From Balanoglossus misakiensis (lineage: Eukaryota; Animalia; Hemichordata): DNA of 64,000 bases. Under the pieces are notes generated by a model that did not search any database, was not told the DNA's origin, and worked only from the letters and a program-made list of their open reading frames with translations. The translations under genes were made by a program, and so were the position numbers. The DNA lies in NCBI GenBank assembly GCA_040954595.2, contig CM082589.2:10986894-11050893 (forward strand), given 5' to 3'. Shown in pieces: positions 25,040 to 37,177 of the stretch (the stretch's first letter is position 1; each line of letters opens with the position of its first letter).

Positions 25040-25999
25040 AGCCAATGATTATTGAGAACTGTGTAAGTGAAATTCGCCAGTGGATGCATGATAACATGCT
25101 TATCCTTAACGATAGTAAGACCGAAGTTATTAGATTCTCTTCTAAGTTTGCTCATAGGGACCGACCACGAGAGTGTGATGTACAAGTCGGGGATATCAGC
25201 GTCCATTCATCACCTTCAGTGATTGACCTCGGTGTCACATTTGATGTTTCGATGACCATGACATCACATGTTTCCAGTTTGTGTAAATCAGCGTCGACGT
25301 CTTTTGCTTTGTGGAATATTAGTATAAAAAATCCGGAATTGTCTAGACCAAGAATCAACTGGAAAACTTGTTCATGCTTTTGTAACTTCTAGGTTAGACT
25401 ATTGTAACAGCCTTCTTTATGGTCTGCCAAATTATCAAATCAATAAGTTACAGTCTATTCAGAATGCCGCTGCACGTTTAGTCACTAAAAGCAGGAAAAC
25501 AGAACAATATACTAGTATTACACCACTATTTAAGAGATTGCACTGGCTTCCTATACAGAAACGGATTGATTTTAAAATTCTTTGTTTAACCTACAAAGTT
25601 TTAAATAATATGGCTCCGTCGTACCTGAAGGAGCTCATAAGTGTTCGTTCTTCTGTCCGCAACCTTCGTTCTACAACTGATTGTTCTTTTATTCTTGATC
25701 ATCCCAACGTTAACACAGTCTTTTATGGTGACAGGTCATTCTCTACAGGAGCACCACGGTTGTGGAACAAGGTACCGGTTCCACTGCGTAGCAGTGAGAG
25801 TTTTAATTTTTTTTTAATCAAACCTTAAAAGGTTTTTATTCAGGGACTGACTTTTTATCCAATATTTAACCATTGTCTATTTTATTATATAGTTTTAGTG
25901 TTTTACTTGTCTTTGTATTTTAAGCAGCTATGTACAGCACTTTGGGATGTCTTTTTACATGGAAAGCGTTTTTTAAGAATTAAATATTATTATTATTAT
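25040..25999 (+). mobile_element. 5'-truncated, frameshifted L2/CR1-group LINE inside the Helentron
   Basis: LNDSKTEV, LVHAFVTSRLDYCNSLLYGLP, IQNAAARLV, LHWLPIQKRIDFKILCLTYK..APSYL; ends in a (TAT)n tail. Confidence 0.85.
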
Positions 26000-28553
26000 G
26001 AATACTTAATTTATTCATTATTCTGCCCGGCGATTGACAGTAAAACCATGATCTGGATATGTTTCAATTTAAATGTGCAATTCGGTAGCAGGTGAATTGT
26101 GGGTAGCTAATTGTGTTTCATCATGCATTTGTTAAAAACTATGGACACTTCTATTCTGTGTTTTTGCAATAACCACAAAGACCTATAGTGCTGTCAATCT
26201 TATATTTGTTTCAGATGTATAACCTGTCATCAGCTCAATCATTGCTTTTTTGACAGAAGCCTTTCACTTAAGTCATATCTTTATTTTAGTGCACATTATA
26301 GGTCGCTGACCACTTAAGACAATTTCTGTGTCTGATTTCATTTTTTCTTTGTACTCTGAGTGTAAAATATATCAGGTTTGGCAGGTGCCCTTGATCCCAT
26401 GATACGGAAAGGTAGGTCTATCAGGTGTTTTATCTCATGAAATATCAAGGTTGTATCTATGTTTGGTGCTGATATAGAATAAAGTAAATAAAAGGTTACC
26501 GAAAGGTCAACCAAAATTTTGTCAAAAAAATACATCCCAATCTGATCCATGTCAAACAACAACCATACTTCTACCTCTATTAGTAAGCCTGGAATTAGGT
26601 ATGCACATACTTAATGAGTTAGGTGTAAGACTCCAGTAGGTGTTCCAACAATACAAATGCCAAAGCTGGACACTGCGATTTGACACCATATTGGTCCATG
26701 TCCAACAGAAACCAAACCTCTCGCCCGCTCTAATGGTTAGTCTGGAATTATATATGTGCATAATTAATGAGGTAAGATGAAAGACTCCAAAAGGTGTTCA
26801 ATCCCTCCAAATACCAAGGCTGTATCTGCTCTGGCTGCCGAGATATGGGAAAGTAGGTCAAAGGTCACCTGCGGTCACCCTATTTTTGGCCCAAATTTTT
26901 TTACCCCATACTAGTCATGGTAAGTGTCCAACAAAAACCAAACGTCTAGCCCTATTGGTTCACCGGGCATTAATGTCAATTATTAATGAGGTCACTTGTG
27001 AGAAACCCATTGGGCGTTCCATCCCTACAAATGACAAGTCTGTATCTGCTCTGGATACCGAGATATGAAAAAGTAGGTCAAAGGTCACCTAAAATTTGGG
27101 CAAATTTTTTTGACCCCATACTAGTCCATGTCCAACAAAAACCAAAACTCTAGCTCTATTGGTTCACCTGTAATTAGGTATGTGCATATTTAATGAGGTG
27201 AGCAGGTGTCACAGGTGACCCAAAAATGTGGCTTTACATTTTGGTCCCATCCTGCCAAATGCCATGGCAGTATCTGCTCTGGATACCGAGATATGAAAAA
27301 GTAGGTCAAAGGTCACCTAAAATTTGGGCAAATTTTTTTGACCCCATACTAGTCCATGTCCAACAAAAACCAAAACTCTAGCTCTATTGGTTCACCTGTA
27401 ATTAGGTGTGTGCATATTTAATGAGGTCAGCAGGTGTCACAGGTGACCCAAAAATGTGGCTTTACATTTTGGTCCCATCCTGCCAAATGCCATGGCAGTA
27501 TCTGCTCTGAATGCTGAGATATGCGAAAGTAGGTCAAAGGTCAACAAAGGTCACCCAACATTTGGGCAAAAAATTTTGATCCCATACTGGTCCATGTCCA
27601 ACAAAAACCAAACCTCTAGCTCTATTGGTTCGCCTGTAATTAGCTATGCACATAATTAATGAGGTCAAAGGGGTCATGAAAAGTAGCAAAATATTTTGAT
27701 CACACACTAATCCACATTCATCAAAAACCAAACGTCTAGCCTTATAGATTAGCCTGGAATTAGATATGCAGAAATAACGCGTGATAAGTAGGTCAAAGGT
27801 CATGTGAAAAATCGCCAAAAAATTGTAACATATTTTAGTCACATGACGATTGATATCCATAAAATGAATTTATATGCTATCAATTTTTAGACTAGAAAAA
27901 GGAATTTCAATTTTTCACTGCTTTTTACAAAATCCAATATGGCCACCATAATCTTCGACCAATCACAATGCTCTTTGCAAACTTGATAGACATCAGTGTA
28001 GTGACCATACTCCCCGAATCTTGCGACTCAGTCATCGCCCGTTCTGGAGAAGAAGATTTTTGGAGTTTATCTATGGTTTTTCGAAAATCCAATATGGCCG
28101 CCATAATCTCCGACCAATCACAATGATCTTCGCAAACTTGATAGACATCAGTTAGGTGACCACATACCCCAAACCCCGTGTCTCGGTTATCACCGGTTCT
28201 GGAGAAGAAGATTTTTGAAATTTAAGCCAGATTTCAGAAAAAACATTGTAGCAAAAAAACTGCAACTTCGACAGCAAAATTTCCAATTACAAAAATGATG
28301 GGTAGAAGGTAGTCTACCTGCATGCCAAATTTGAAGTCGATCTGACTTGTAGTTTCTGAGATCTGAGATTTGATTTTTTTCAGAAAATCCAATATGGCCG
28401 CCAGGTCACGTGACTAATTAAGTATTCACAAGTCACTGCACATCTACTCATTGACCTTGACCACTGTAGCAAGTTTGAGAAGTGTACCTGCAGCGGTGTC
28501 TGAGATCTCGTTGCCCAAAGAATTGACACAAGAATAAAGAAAGAAAGAAAGAA

Positions 28554-29953
28554 TTAAAGCTGCAAGCAGCATTGTCCGGGCCCAAGCTCTATTATCTGAT
28601 CTGATGCTGATATAGTGTTAAGTAGGTCAAAGGTCACCCGAGGTCACCCAACATTTGGGCAGACAATTTTGACCCATAGTGGTCCATGTCCAACAAAAAC
28701 CAGACCTCTAGCCCTTTTGGTTAGCCCGGAATTAGGTATGCACATAAATAATGAGTTAAGCAGGTGTCACTGGTGACCCAAAACTTTGGCTTTTCATTAT
28801 GGCCCCTTACCTCCAAACGCCAAGGCTGTATCTGCTGTGGATGTCGAGATATGCAAAAGTAGGTCAAAGGTCACCCGAGGTCACCCAACATTTGGGCAAA
28901 ATATTTTGACCCCATACTGGTCCATGTATAACAAAAACAAAACCTCTAGGTCTATTGGTTCATCATTAATTAGGTATGTGCATATTTAATGAGGTCAACA
29001 GAGGTCAAAGGGGTTATGAAAAGTAGCAAAAATTTTTGATCACATACAAATCCACATACATCAAAAACCAAACTTATAGCCCTATTGGTTAGCCTGGAAT
29101 TAGATATGCAGAAAAATGATGCATCAAAATTAGGTCAAAGGTCATTGCCAAAATTACCAAAATATTTATAGCTTATTCTTGGCATATGATGATTCATATC
29201 CATCAAAAAGAATTTCTGTGCTATCAATTTTTAGGCTAGAAAGGGAATTTTTACTTTTTAATTGTTTTTCACAAAATCCAATATGGCCGCCATAATCTTC
29301 GACCAAACACATTCCTCTTCGCAAACTTGATAGACATCTGTTTAATGACCACACACACCAAATCTTGTGACTCGGTTATCGCTGGTTCTTGAGAAGAAGA
29401 TTTTTGAAATTTTACTAGGGTTTTTCGAAAATCCAATATGGCCGCCATAATCTTGGACCAATCACAATGATCTTCGCAAACTTGATAGACATCAGTTAGG
29501 TGACCACATACCGCAAACCCCGTGTCTCGGTTATCACCGGTTCTGGAGAAGAAGATTTTTGAAATTTAAGCCAGATTTCAGAAAAAAAATTGTAGCAAAA
29601 AAACTGCAACTTTGTCAGCATAATTTCCAATTACAAATATGATGGGCAGAAGGTAGTCTACCAGCATGCCAAATTTGAAGTCGATCTGACTTGTAGTTTC
29701 TGAGATCTGAGATTTGCATTTTTTCAGAAAATCCAAGATGGCCGCCAGGTCACGTGACTAATTAAATATTCACAAGTCACTGCACATCTACTCATTGACC
29801 TTGACCACTGTAGCAAGTTTGAGAACTGTACCTGCAGCGGTGTCTGAGATCTAGAGCGATAAAGAATGGAACCAAGAATAAAGAAAGAAAGAAAGACAGA
29901 AAAACCCCAACGAAACCAATAGGGCCCAAGCGCTGGTATGCGCTTGGGCCCTA
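28554..29953 (+). mobile_element. Non-autonomous Helentron unit 5, complete, nested in the 3' end of unit 4
   Basis: Type-A 5' end; type-a hairpin TAGGGCCCAAGCGC-TGGTAT-GCGCTTGGGCCCTA ends at 29953. Confidence 0.85.
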
Positions 29954-31435
29954 AAAATTCCAACGAAACCAATAGGGCCCAAGCGCTTGCTTGCGCTTGG
30001 GCCCTAATTAAAGCTGCAAGCAGCATTGTCGGGCCCAAGCGCTGATCTTGAATTACATATGCACAGTATGAATGAGAAGAAACAGAATTTTCTATCAGAT
30101 GTATTATCTCATGACATAAAAGGATGTGTGTATTTTTGCTGCTGAAATAGAGTAAAGTAGGTCAAAGGTCACCTCAGGTCACCCAACATTTGGGCAAATT
30201 TTTTTTACCCATACTGGGCCATGTCCAACAAAAACCAAAACTCTAGCTCTATTGGTTCACCTGTAATAAGGTATGTGCATATTTAATGAGGTCAACAGGT
30301 GTCACAGGTGACCCAAAAATGTGGCTTTACATTTTGGTCCCATCCTGCCAAATGCCAATGCTGTATCTGTTCTGGATGCTGAGATACGCGAAAATAGGTC
30401 AAAGGTCACCAGAGGTCACCCAACATTTGGGCAAAAAATTTTGATCCCATACTGGTCCATGTCCAACAAAAACCAAACCTCTAGCTCTATTGGTTCGCAC
30501 GAAATTAGCTATGCACATAATTAATGAGGTCAGCAGAGGTCAAAGGGGTCATGGAAAGTAGCAAAATATTTTGATCATTCAATTATCCACATGCATCAAA
30601 AACCAAACGTCTACCCCTATAGGTTAGCCTGGAATTAGATATGCAGAAATAATAACGCGTAAAAAGTAGGTCAAAGGTCATGTGAAAAATCGACAAAAAT
30701 TTGTAACATATTTTAGTCACATGACGATTGATATCCATGAAAAGAATTTGTATGCTATCAATTTTTAGTCTAGAAAAAGGAATTTCAATTTTTCATTGCT
30801 TTTTACAAAATCAAATATGGCCGCCATAATCTTCGACCAATCACAATGCTCCTGGCAAACTTGATAGACATCAGTGTAGTGACCATACTCCCCAAATCTT
30901 GCGACTCAGTTATTGCCCGTTCTGGAGAAGAAGATTTTTGGAGTTTTACTATGGTTTTTCGAAAATCCAATATGGCCGCCATAATCTTCGACCAATCACA
31001 ATGATCTTCGCAAACTTGATAGACATATGTTAGGTGACCACATACCTCAAACCGCGTGACTCGGTTATCACCGGTTCTGGAGAAGAAGATTTTTGAAATT
31101 TTGACCAGATTTCAGAAAAACAACTGTAGCAAAAAAACTGCAACATTGACAGCAAAATATCCAATTACAAAAATGACGGGCAGAAGGTAGACTACCTGCA
31201 CGCCAAATCTGAAGTCGATCTGACTTGTAGTTTCTGAGATCTGAGATTTGCATTTTTTCAGAAAATCCAATATGGCCGCCATGTCACGTGACTAATTAAA
31301 TATTCACAAGCCACTGCACATCTACTCATTGACCTTGACCACTGTAGCAAGTTTGAGCAGTGTACCTGCAGTAGTTTCAGAGATCTTGTTGGCCGAAGAA
31401 TTGACAGGAGAATAAAGAAAGAAAGAAAGAAAGAA

Positions 31436-34400
31436 TTAAAGCTGCAAGCAGCATTGTCCGGGCCCAAGCTCTATTATCTGATCTGATTATTAGATATGCA
31501 CATAATTAATGAGTAGAAACATAATGCAGTGTTTTATCCCATGAAATATCAAGGTTATATCTATGTTTGGTGCTGATATAGTGTTAAGTAGGTCAAAGGT
31601 CACCCAGGGGTCACCCACAATTTGGGCAGAATATTTTGACCCATAGTGGTCAATGTCCAACAAAAACCAGACCTCTAGCCCTTTTGGTTAACCCGGAATT
31701 AGGTATGCACATAAATAATGCGTAAAGCAGGTGTCACAGGTGACCCCACAACTTTGGCTTTTCATTATGGCCCCATACCTCCAAACGCCAAGGTTGTACC
31801 TGCTTTGGATGCTGAGATATGCAAAAGTAGGTCAAAGGTCATCTGAGGTCACCCAAAATTTGGGTAGAAAATTTTGACCCGTAGTGGTCCATGTATAACA
31901 AAAACAAAACCTCTAGGTCTATTGGTTCATCTGTAATTAGGTATGTGCATATTTAATGAGTAAAGCAGGTGTCACAGGTGACCCAAAACTTTGGCTTTTC
32001 ATTATGGCCCCATACCTCCAAACGCCAAGGCTGTATCTGCTGTGGATGTCGAGATATGCAAAAGTAGGTCAAAGGTCACCCGAGGTCATCCAACATTTGG
32101 GCAAAATATTTTGACCCCATACTGATCCATGTCCAGAAAAAAACAAACCTCTAGGTCATTTGGTTCATCTGTAATTAGGTATGCGCATATTTAATGAGGT
32201 CAGCAGAGGTCAAAGGGGTCATGAAAAGTAGCAAAAATTTTTGATCACATACAAAACCACATACATCAAAAACCAAACTTATAGCCCTATTGGTTAGCCT
32301 GGAATTAGATATGCAGAAAAATGATGCGTCAAAAGTAGGTCAAAGGTCATTGCCAAAATTACCAAAATATTTATAGCTTATTCTTGTCATATGATGATTC
32401 ATATCCATAAAAAGAATTTCTGTGCTAACAATTTTTAGGCTAGAAACAGAATTTTTACTTTTTAATCGTTGTTCACAAAATCCAATATGGCCGCCAAAAT
32501 CTTCGACCAATCACAATGATCTTCGCAAACTTGATAGACATCTGTTTAATGACCACACACACCAAATCTTGTGACTCGGTTATCGCCGGTTCTTGAGAAG
32601 AAGATTTTTGAAATTTTACTAGGGTTTTTCGAAAATCCAATATGGCCGCCATAATCTTCCACCAATCACAATGATCTTCGCAAACTTGATAGACCTCAGT
32701 TTGGTGACCACATACCCCAAACCGCGTGACTCGGTTATCGCCGGTTCTGGAGAAGAAGATTTTTGAAATTTTGACCAGATTTCAGAAAAACAACTGTAGC
32801 AAAAAAACTGCAACATTGACAGCAAAATATCCAATTACAAAAATGATGGGTAGAAGGTAGACTACCTGCACACCAAGTTTGAAGTCGATCTGACTTGTAG
32901 TTTCTGAGATCTGAGATTTGCATTTTTTCAGAAAATCTAATATGGCCGCCAGGTCACGTGACTAATTAAAAATTCAAGGGTTCAATGCACATCTACTCAT
33001 TGACCTTGACCACTGTAGCAAGTTTGAGAAGTGTACCTGCAGTGGTGTCTGAGATCTAGAGCGACAAAGAATTGACACAAGAATAAAGAAAGATTAAAGC
33101 TGCAAGCAGCATTGTCCGGGCCCAAGCTCTATTATCTGATCTGATTATTAGAAATGCACATAATTAATGAGTAGAAACATAATGCTGTGTTTTATCCCAT
33201 GATATATCAAGGTTATATCTATGTTTGGTGTTGATATAGTGTTAAGTAGGTCAAAGGTCACCCAGAGGTCACCCACAATTCGGGCAGAAAATTTTGACCC
33301 ATAGTGGTCCATGTCCAACAAAAACCAGACCTCTAGCCCTTTTGGTTAGCCCGGAATTAGGTATGCACATAAATAATGAGTTAAGCAGGTGTCACAGGTG
33401 ACCCAAAACTTTGGCTTTTCATTATGGCCCCATACCTCCAAATGCCAAGGCTGTATCTGCTGTGGATGTCGAGATATGAAAAAGTAGGTCAAAGGTCACC
33501 CGAGGTCACCCAACATTTGGGCAAAATATTTTGACCCCATAATGGTCCATGTATAACAAAAACAAAACCTCTAGGTCTATTGGTTCATCTGTAATTAGGT
33601 ATGTGCATATTTAATGAGGTCAGCAGAGGTCAAAGGGGTCACGAAAAGTAGCAAAATTATTTGATCACATACAAATCCACATAAATCAAAAACCAAACTT
33701 ATAGCGCTATTGGTTAGCCTGGAATTAGATATGCAGAAAAATGATGCGTCAAAAGTAGGTCAAAGGTCATTGCCAAAATTACCAAAATATTTATAGCTTA
33801 TTCTTGGCATATGATGATTCATATCCATTAAGAGAATTTCTGTGCTATCAATTTTTAGGCTAGAAAGGGAATTTTTACTTTTTAATCGTTTTTCACAAAA
33901 TCCAATATGGCCGCCATAATCTTCGACCAATCACATTCTTCTTCGCAAATTTGATAGACATCTGTTTAATGACCACACACACCAAATCTTGTGACTCAGT
34001 TATCGCCGGTTCTTGAGAAAAAGATTTTTGAAATTTTACTAGGGTTTTTCGAAAATCCAATATGGCCGCCATAATCTTCGACCAATCACAATGATCTTCG
34101 CAAACTTGATAGACCTCAGTTTGATGACCACATACCCCAAACCGCGTGACTCAGTTATTGCCGGTTCTGGAGAAGAAGATTTTTGAAATTTTGACCAGAT
34201 TTCAGAAAAACAACTGTAGCAAAAAAACTGCAACATTGACAGCAAAATATCCAATTACAAAAATGATGGGTAGAAGTTAGACTACCTGCACACCAAATTT
34301 GAAGTCGATCTGACTTGTAGTTTCTGAGATCTGAGATTTGCATTTTTTCAGAAAATCCAAGATGGCCGCCAGGTCACGTGACTAATTAAAAATTCAAGGG

Positions 34401-34666
34401 TTCAATGCACGACTACTCATTGACCTTGACCACTGTAGCAAGTTTCAGAAGTGTAACTGCAGCGGTGTCTGAGATCTAGAGCGACAAAGAATTGACACAA
34501 GAAAAAAGAAAGAAAGAAAGAAAGAAAGACAGAAAAACCCCAACGAAACCAATAGGGCCCAAGCGCTGGTATGCGCTTGGGCCCTAAAGAAAGAAGAAAG
34601 AAGGAAAGACAGAAAAACCCCAACGAAACCAATAGGGCCCAAGCGCTGGTATGCGCTTGGGCCCTA
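31436..34666 (+). mobile_element. Non-autonomous Helentron unit 7; body 31436-33093, 3' end at 34587-34666
   Basis: Type-A 5' end; shares AAAATTCAAGGGTTCAATGCAC with unit 8; type-a hairpin. Confidence 0.8.
33094..34586 (+). mobile_element. Non-autonomous Helentron unit 8, complete, innermost
   Basis: TTAAAGCTGC at 33094; type-a hairpin ends at 34586; flanks rejoin as (GAAA)n. Confidence 0.85.
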
Positions 34667-35616
34667 AAAATTCCAACGAAACCAATAGGGCCCAAGCGCT
34701 TGCTTGCGCTTGGGCCCTAAAAACCCCAACGAAACCAATACGGGCCCAAGCCTGGCTTGGCTTGGGCCCGTAAAGAAAGAAAAACCCCAACGAAACCAAT
34801 ACGGGCCCAAGCCTGGCTTGGCTTGGGCCCGTAAAGAAAGAAAAACCCCAACGAAACCAATACGGGCCCAAGCCTGGCTTGGCTTGGGCCCGTAATTAAA
34901 GCTCCAAGCAGCATTGAAGGGGCCCAAGCATAGAGATAATAACCATTAGACTCCATTCAGGGTTGTACCATTCAATTGCGTAGGCTGTATTTGCTCTGGA
35001 TGTGGAGATATGGGGAAGTAGGCAACCACCCGAAATGGATGTCCTACAAGTACAAACACAACAACCACAAGTGAACTTCTACGTTATGTAAGGACTTCAG
35101 TTAAGTACTTCAAAGGTCAGCTGAGGGTACCCAAAAATTGGGCCAAAAATTTGGATTCCTATTTGGTTCATATTCAAGACAACGGAAAATTCTCGCCCTT
35201 TGGGTTTTTAAAATTAGGTATGGCCATAATAATGAGTTACGCAAGTAAGTTACAGGTGGCCCTAGGAATTTAGCATTTCATGACGGTCCTACCCTACCCC
35301 TCCAAACACGTGGCTATATATGATGTGCATGCTAACATATGGAAAGCAGGTCAATGGACACCTGAGGTCATTCAAAAATTTGACAGAAAAATTTCATTCC
35401 TGTTTATGTCTTGTGCAACAAATCCTACATTTGCAGCCCTTTCACTTTGCCTAACATTAGGTATGCACGTAATACATGAATCAAGCAGGTGTCAAAGGTA
35501 TCCCCCTGTATTTGGCATTTCATGATAGTTTCATCCCTCCAAATACCAAAGCTGCACCTGTACAACGGGATGAGATATGGCACTCTATGACAGAGGTCAT
35601 CCAAATCACCTTATAC

Positions 35617-36472
35617 ATCAATCAATCAATCAATCAGAGAAATTTGTATAGCGCCAGTATCTATAACAAGTGTCATACTCAAAAGCGCTTGTGCTCATTG
35701 GCCCACACCATATGCTCTTGCGAAATAATGCGTCTTCAGTCTTTTCTTAAAGATACTCAAACTTGGAGCTTGACGAATGTTCCACAGTTTCGTTGCAGCA
35801 TGAGAGAATGCTCGGCCACCGTATGAAGAACGTTTGTACATTGTAGTGCATAAAAGGCTCTTATTAGCTGAACGAAGCCTGCGACCAGGAGAATATGTCC
35901 GAATGAGATCGCGGATATAGTTCGGAGCGAGATTATTTAAGGCTTTGTATGTGAGCAGATTTATTTTATACTCTATCCTGTGGCGAACTGGTAACCAATG
36001 AAGAAGTTGAAGAACTGGCGTTATATGGGCAGACTTCCTGGACCGAGTTATGATTCTTGCAGCTGTATTTTGTGTGCGTTGTAGAAGGTTCAGACTGCGT
36101 TCTGGTATACCATACAGTAATGCATTACCATAGTCGAGTTTCGCTGCCAAAATAGCATGAATCACTGTTTGACATGTTGCTTTGTTAAGAAATTTCCTGA
36201 TTTGTCCGACACGGCGAAAGTGGTAATATATTGATTGACAAGTTTTCTTGATGTGATCTTTATACATGTGCGTATTGTCAAATATTACACCAATATTGCG
36301 AGCTGATTTAACGACGGGAACAGAGCTTGAACCAATGGTAATCTTGTCAATAGCATCAGCAGAGTGATGAAATTGTGAACGAATAAGTAGAATCTCAGTT
36401 TTTGGAGTCGTTGAGTTGAAGCTTGTTTTGGGTCATCCAGTCCTTAAGATCACGGATACAGGCCTCAATGGA
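35617..36472 (-). mobile_element. 5'-truncated L2-group LINE
   Basis: ORF 35695-36267: KLDYGNALLYG..QNTAARII..HITPVLQLLHWLPVRHRIEYK..FKKRLKTHYF; (TTGA)n tail on the minus strand; flanks rejoin to the Helentron core AGGTCATCCAA|CATTTGGGCAAAA. Confidence 0.85.
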
Positions 36473-37177
36473 CATTTGGGCAAAAACCAACTGACACTTA
36501 CATTCGTCCCTGTGGAACAAAAACCACACCTATCGCCCTGTTGGTTAGTGTCCAATTAAATGTACAAAATCAATGACTTAGGCAGGTGCAACAGACGACC
36601 CCGCCTTTGGTATATCATTATGGTCCCATCCGTATATGCCCCCCCCCCCCTCCCAAGCCAAAGCTGCATGCATCTGCTGTGGATGCTCACTAAGCAAAAG
36701 TAGGTGAAAGGTCACATAAGGTCGCCCACAACTTGACGGGAAAATCGGACTTCATATTGATCCATGTGCAACAAATAGCACGCTACCACCCCTTTCATTG
36801 ACCCCACAATTACGCATGCACATAATTATTGAGTTATGCAGGTGTCACAGGTGACACCCGAATCGGGTGTATTATTTTAGTCCCATACAGCTGCATGTAG
36901 CTGCGTGCCGTTACGGGCGACCTGATAACCCACACGGTCACCTGCGGGCCGACCCCCATACTGAACGTCCAGTTGCAACATCACGACTGAAGTAGGAACT
37001 TTTGAACGGCAACGAAGCCTGATCTCTGATTATTGCTGGTACCATACTCCTGTCGTGCAAGAAAATCACTGGTCTGCTGACGTATTTCAGCCAATTTCCC
37101 AAACTACTATCCACTACATGTGACTACAATGCTAATGAAACCTCCCACAACATTAGCGACTTAGGGTCAAAGTCCAC

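Larger units (their letters stand above)
10272..30006 (+). mobile_element. Putative autonomous Helentron (unit 4), ~18 kb excluding nested unit 5
   Basis: Type-B 5' end TTAAAGCTGCAAGCAGCATTGTCGGGCCCAAGCGC at 10272; RepHel-EN ORF inside; subterminal core repeated at ~26420-28553; type-b 3' hairpin TAGGGCCCAAGCGC-TTGCTT-GCGCTTGGGCCCTA ends at 30006; no target-site duplication, sits in an A-run. Confidence 0.85.
30008..34719 (+). mobile_element. Non-autonomous Helentron unit 6 (type B); body 30008-31435, 3' end at 34667-34719
   Basis: 5' end ..GTCGGGCCCAAGCGCTGATC as in unit 4; type-b hairpin preceded by AAATTCCAACG as in unit 4. Confidence 0.8.
9162..34772 (+). mobile_element. Non-autonomous Helentron unit 3; body 9162-10271, 3' end at 34720-34772
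   Basis: 5' terminus TGAAAGCTGCAAGCAGC (one substitution), shorter internal repeat region, type-c hairpin. Confidence 0.75.
7505..34833 (+). mobile_element. Non-autonomous Helentron unit 2; body 7505-9161, 3' end at 34773-34833
   Basis: Same 5' terminus. Shares diagnostic GAGGGTATACTACCAGCAC and GAGCGCGAAAGAAATGAACC with units 1 and 3. Type-c hairpin. Confidence 0.75.
6100..34894 (+). mobile_element. Non-autonomous Helentron (HINE-like) unit 1, outermost; body 6100-7504, 3' end displaced to 34834-34894
   Basis: 5' end TTAAAGCTGCAAGCAGCATTGTCCGGGCCCAAGC; body ends in AAGAATAAAGAAAG; last type-c hairpin TACGGGCCCAAGCC-TGGCTT-GGCTTGGGCCCGTA ends at 34894. Confidence 0.75.

Noticed and set aside
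34530-34894. CRISPR-like array of palindromic repeats
   Set aside because: The spacers are not unique, there are no cas genes, the context is eukaryotic, and the repeats are explained as stacked Helentron 3' ends.
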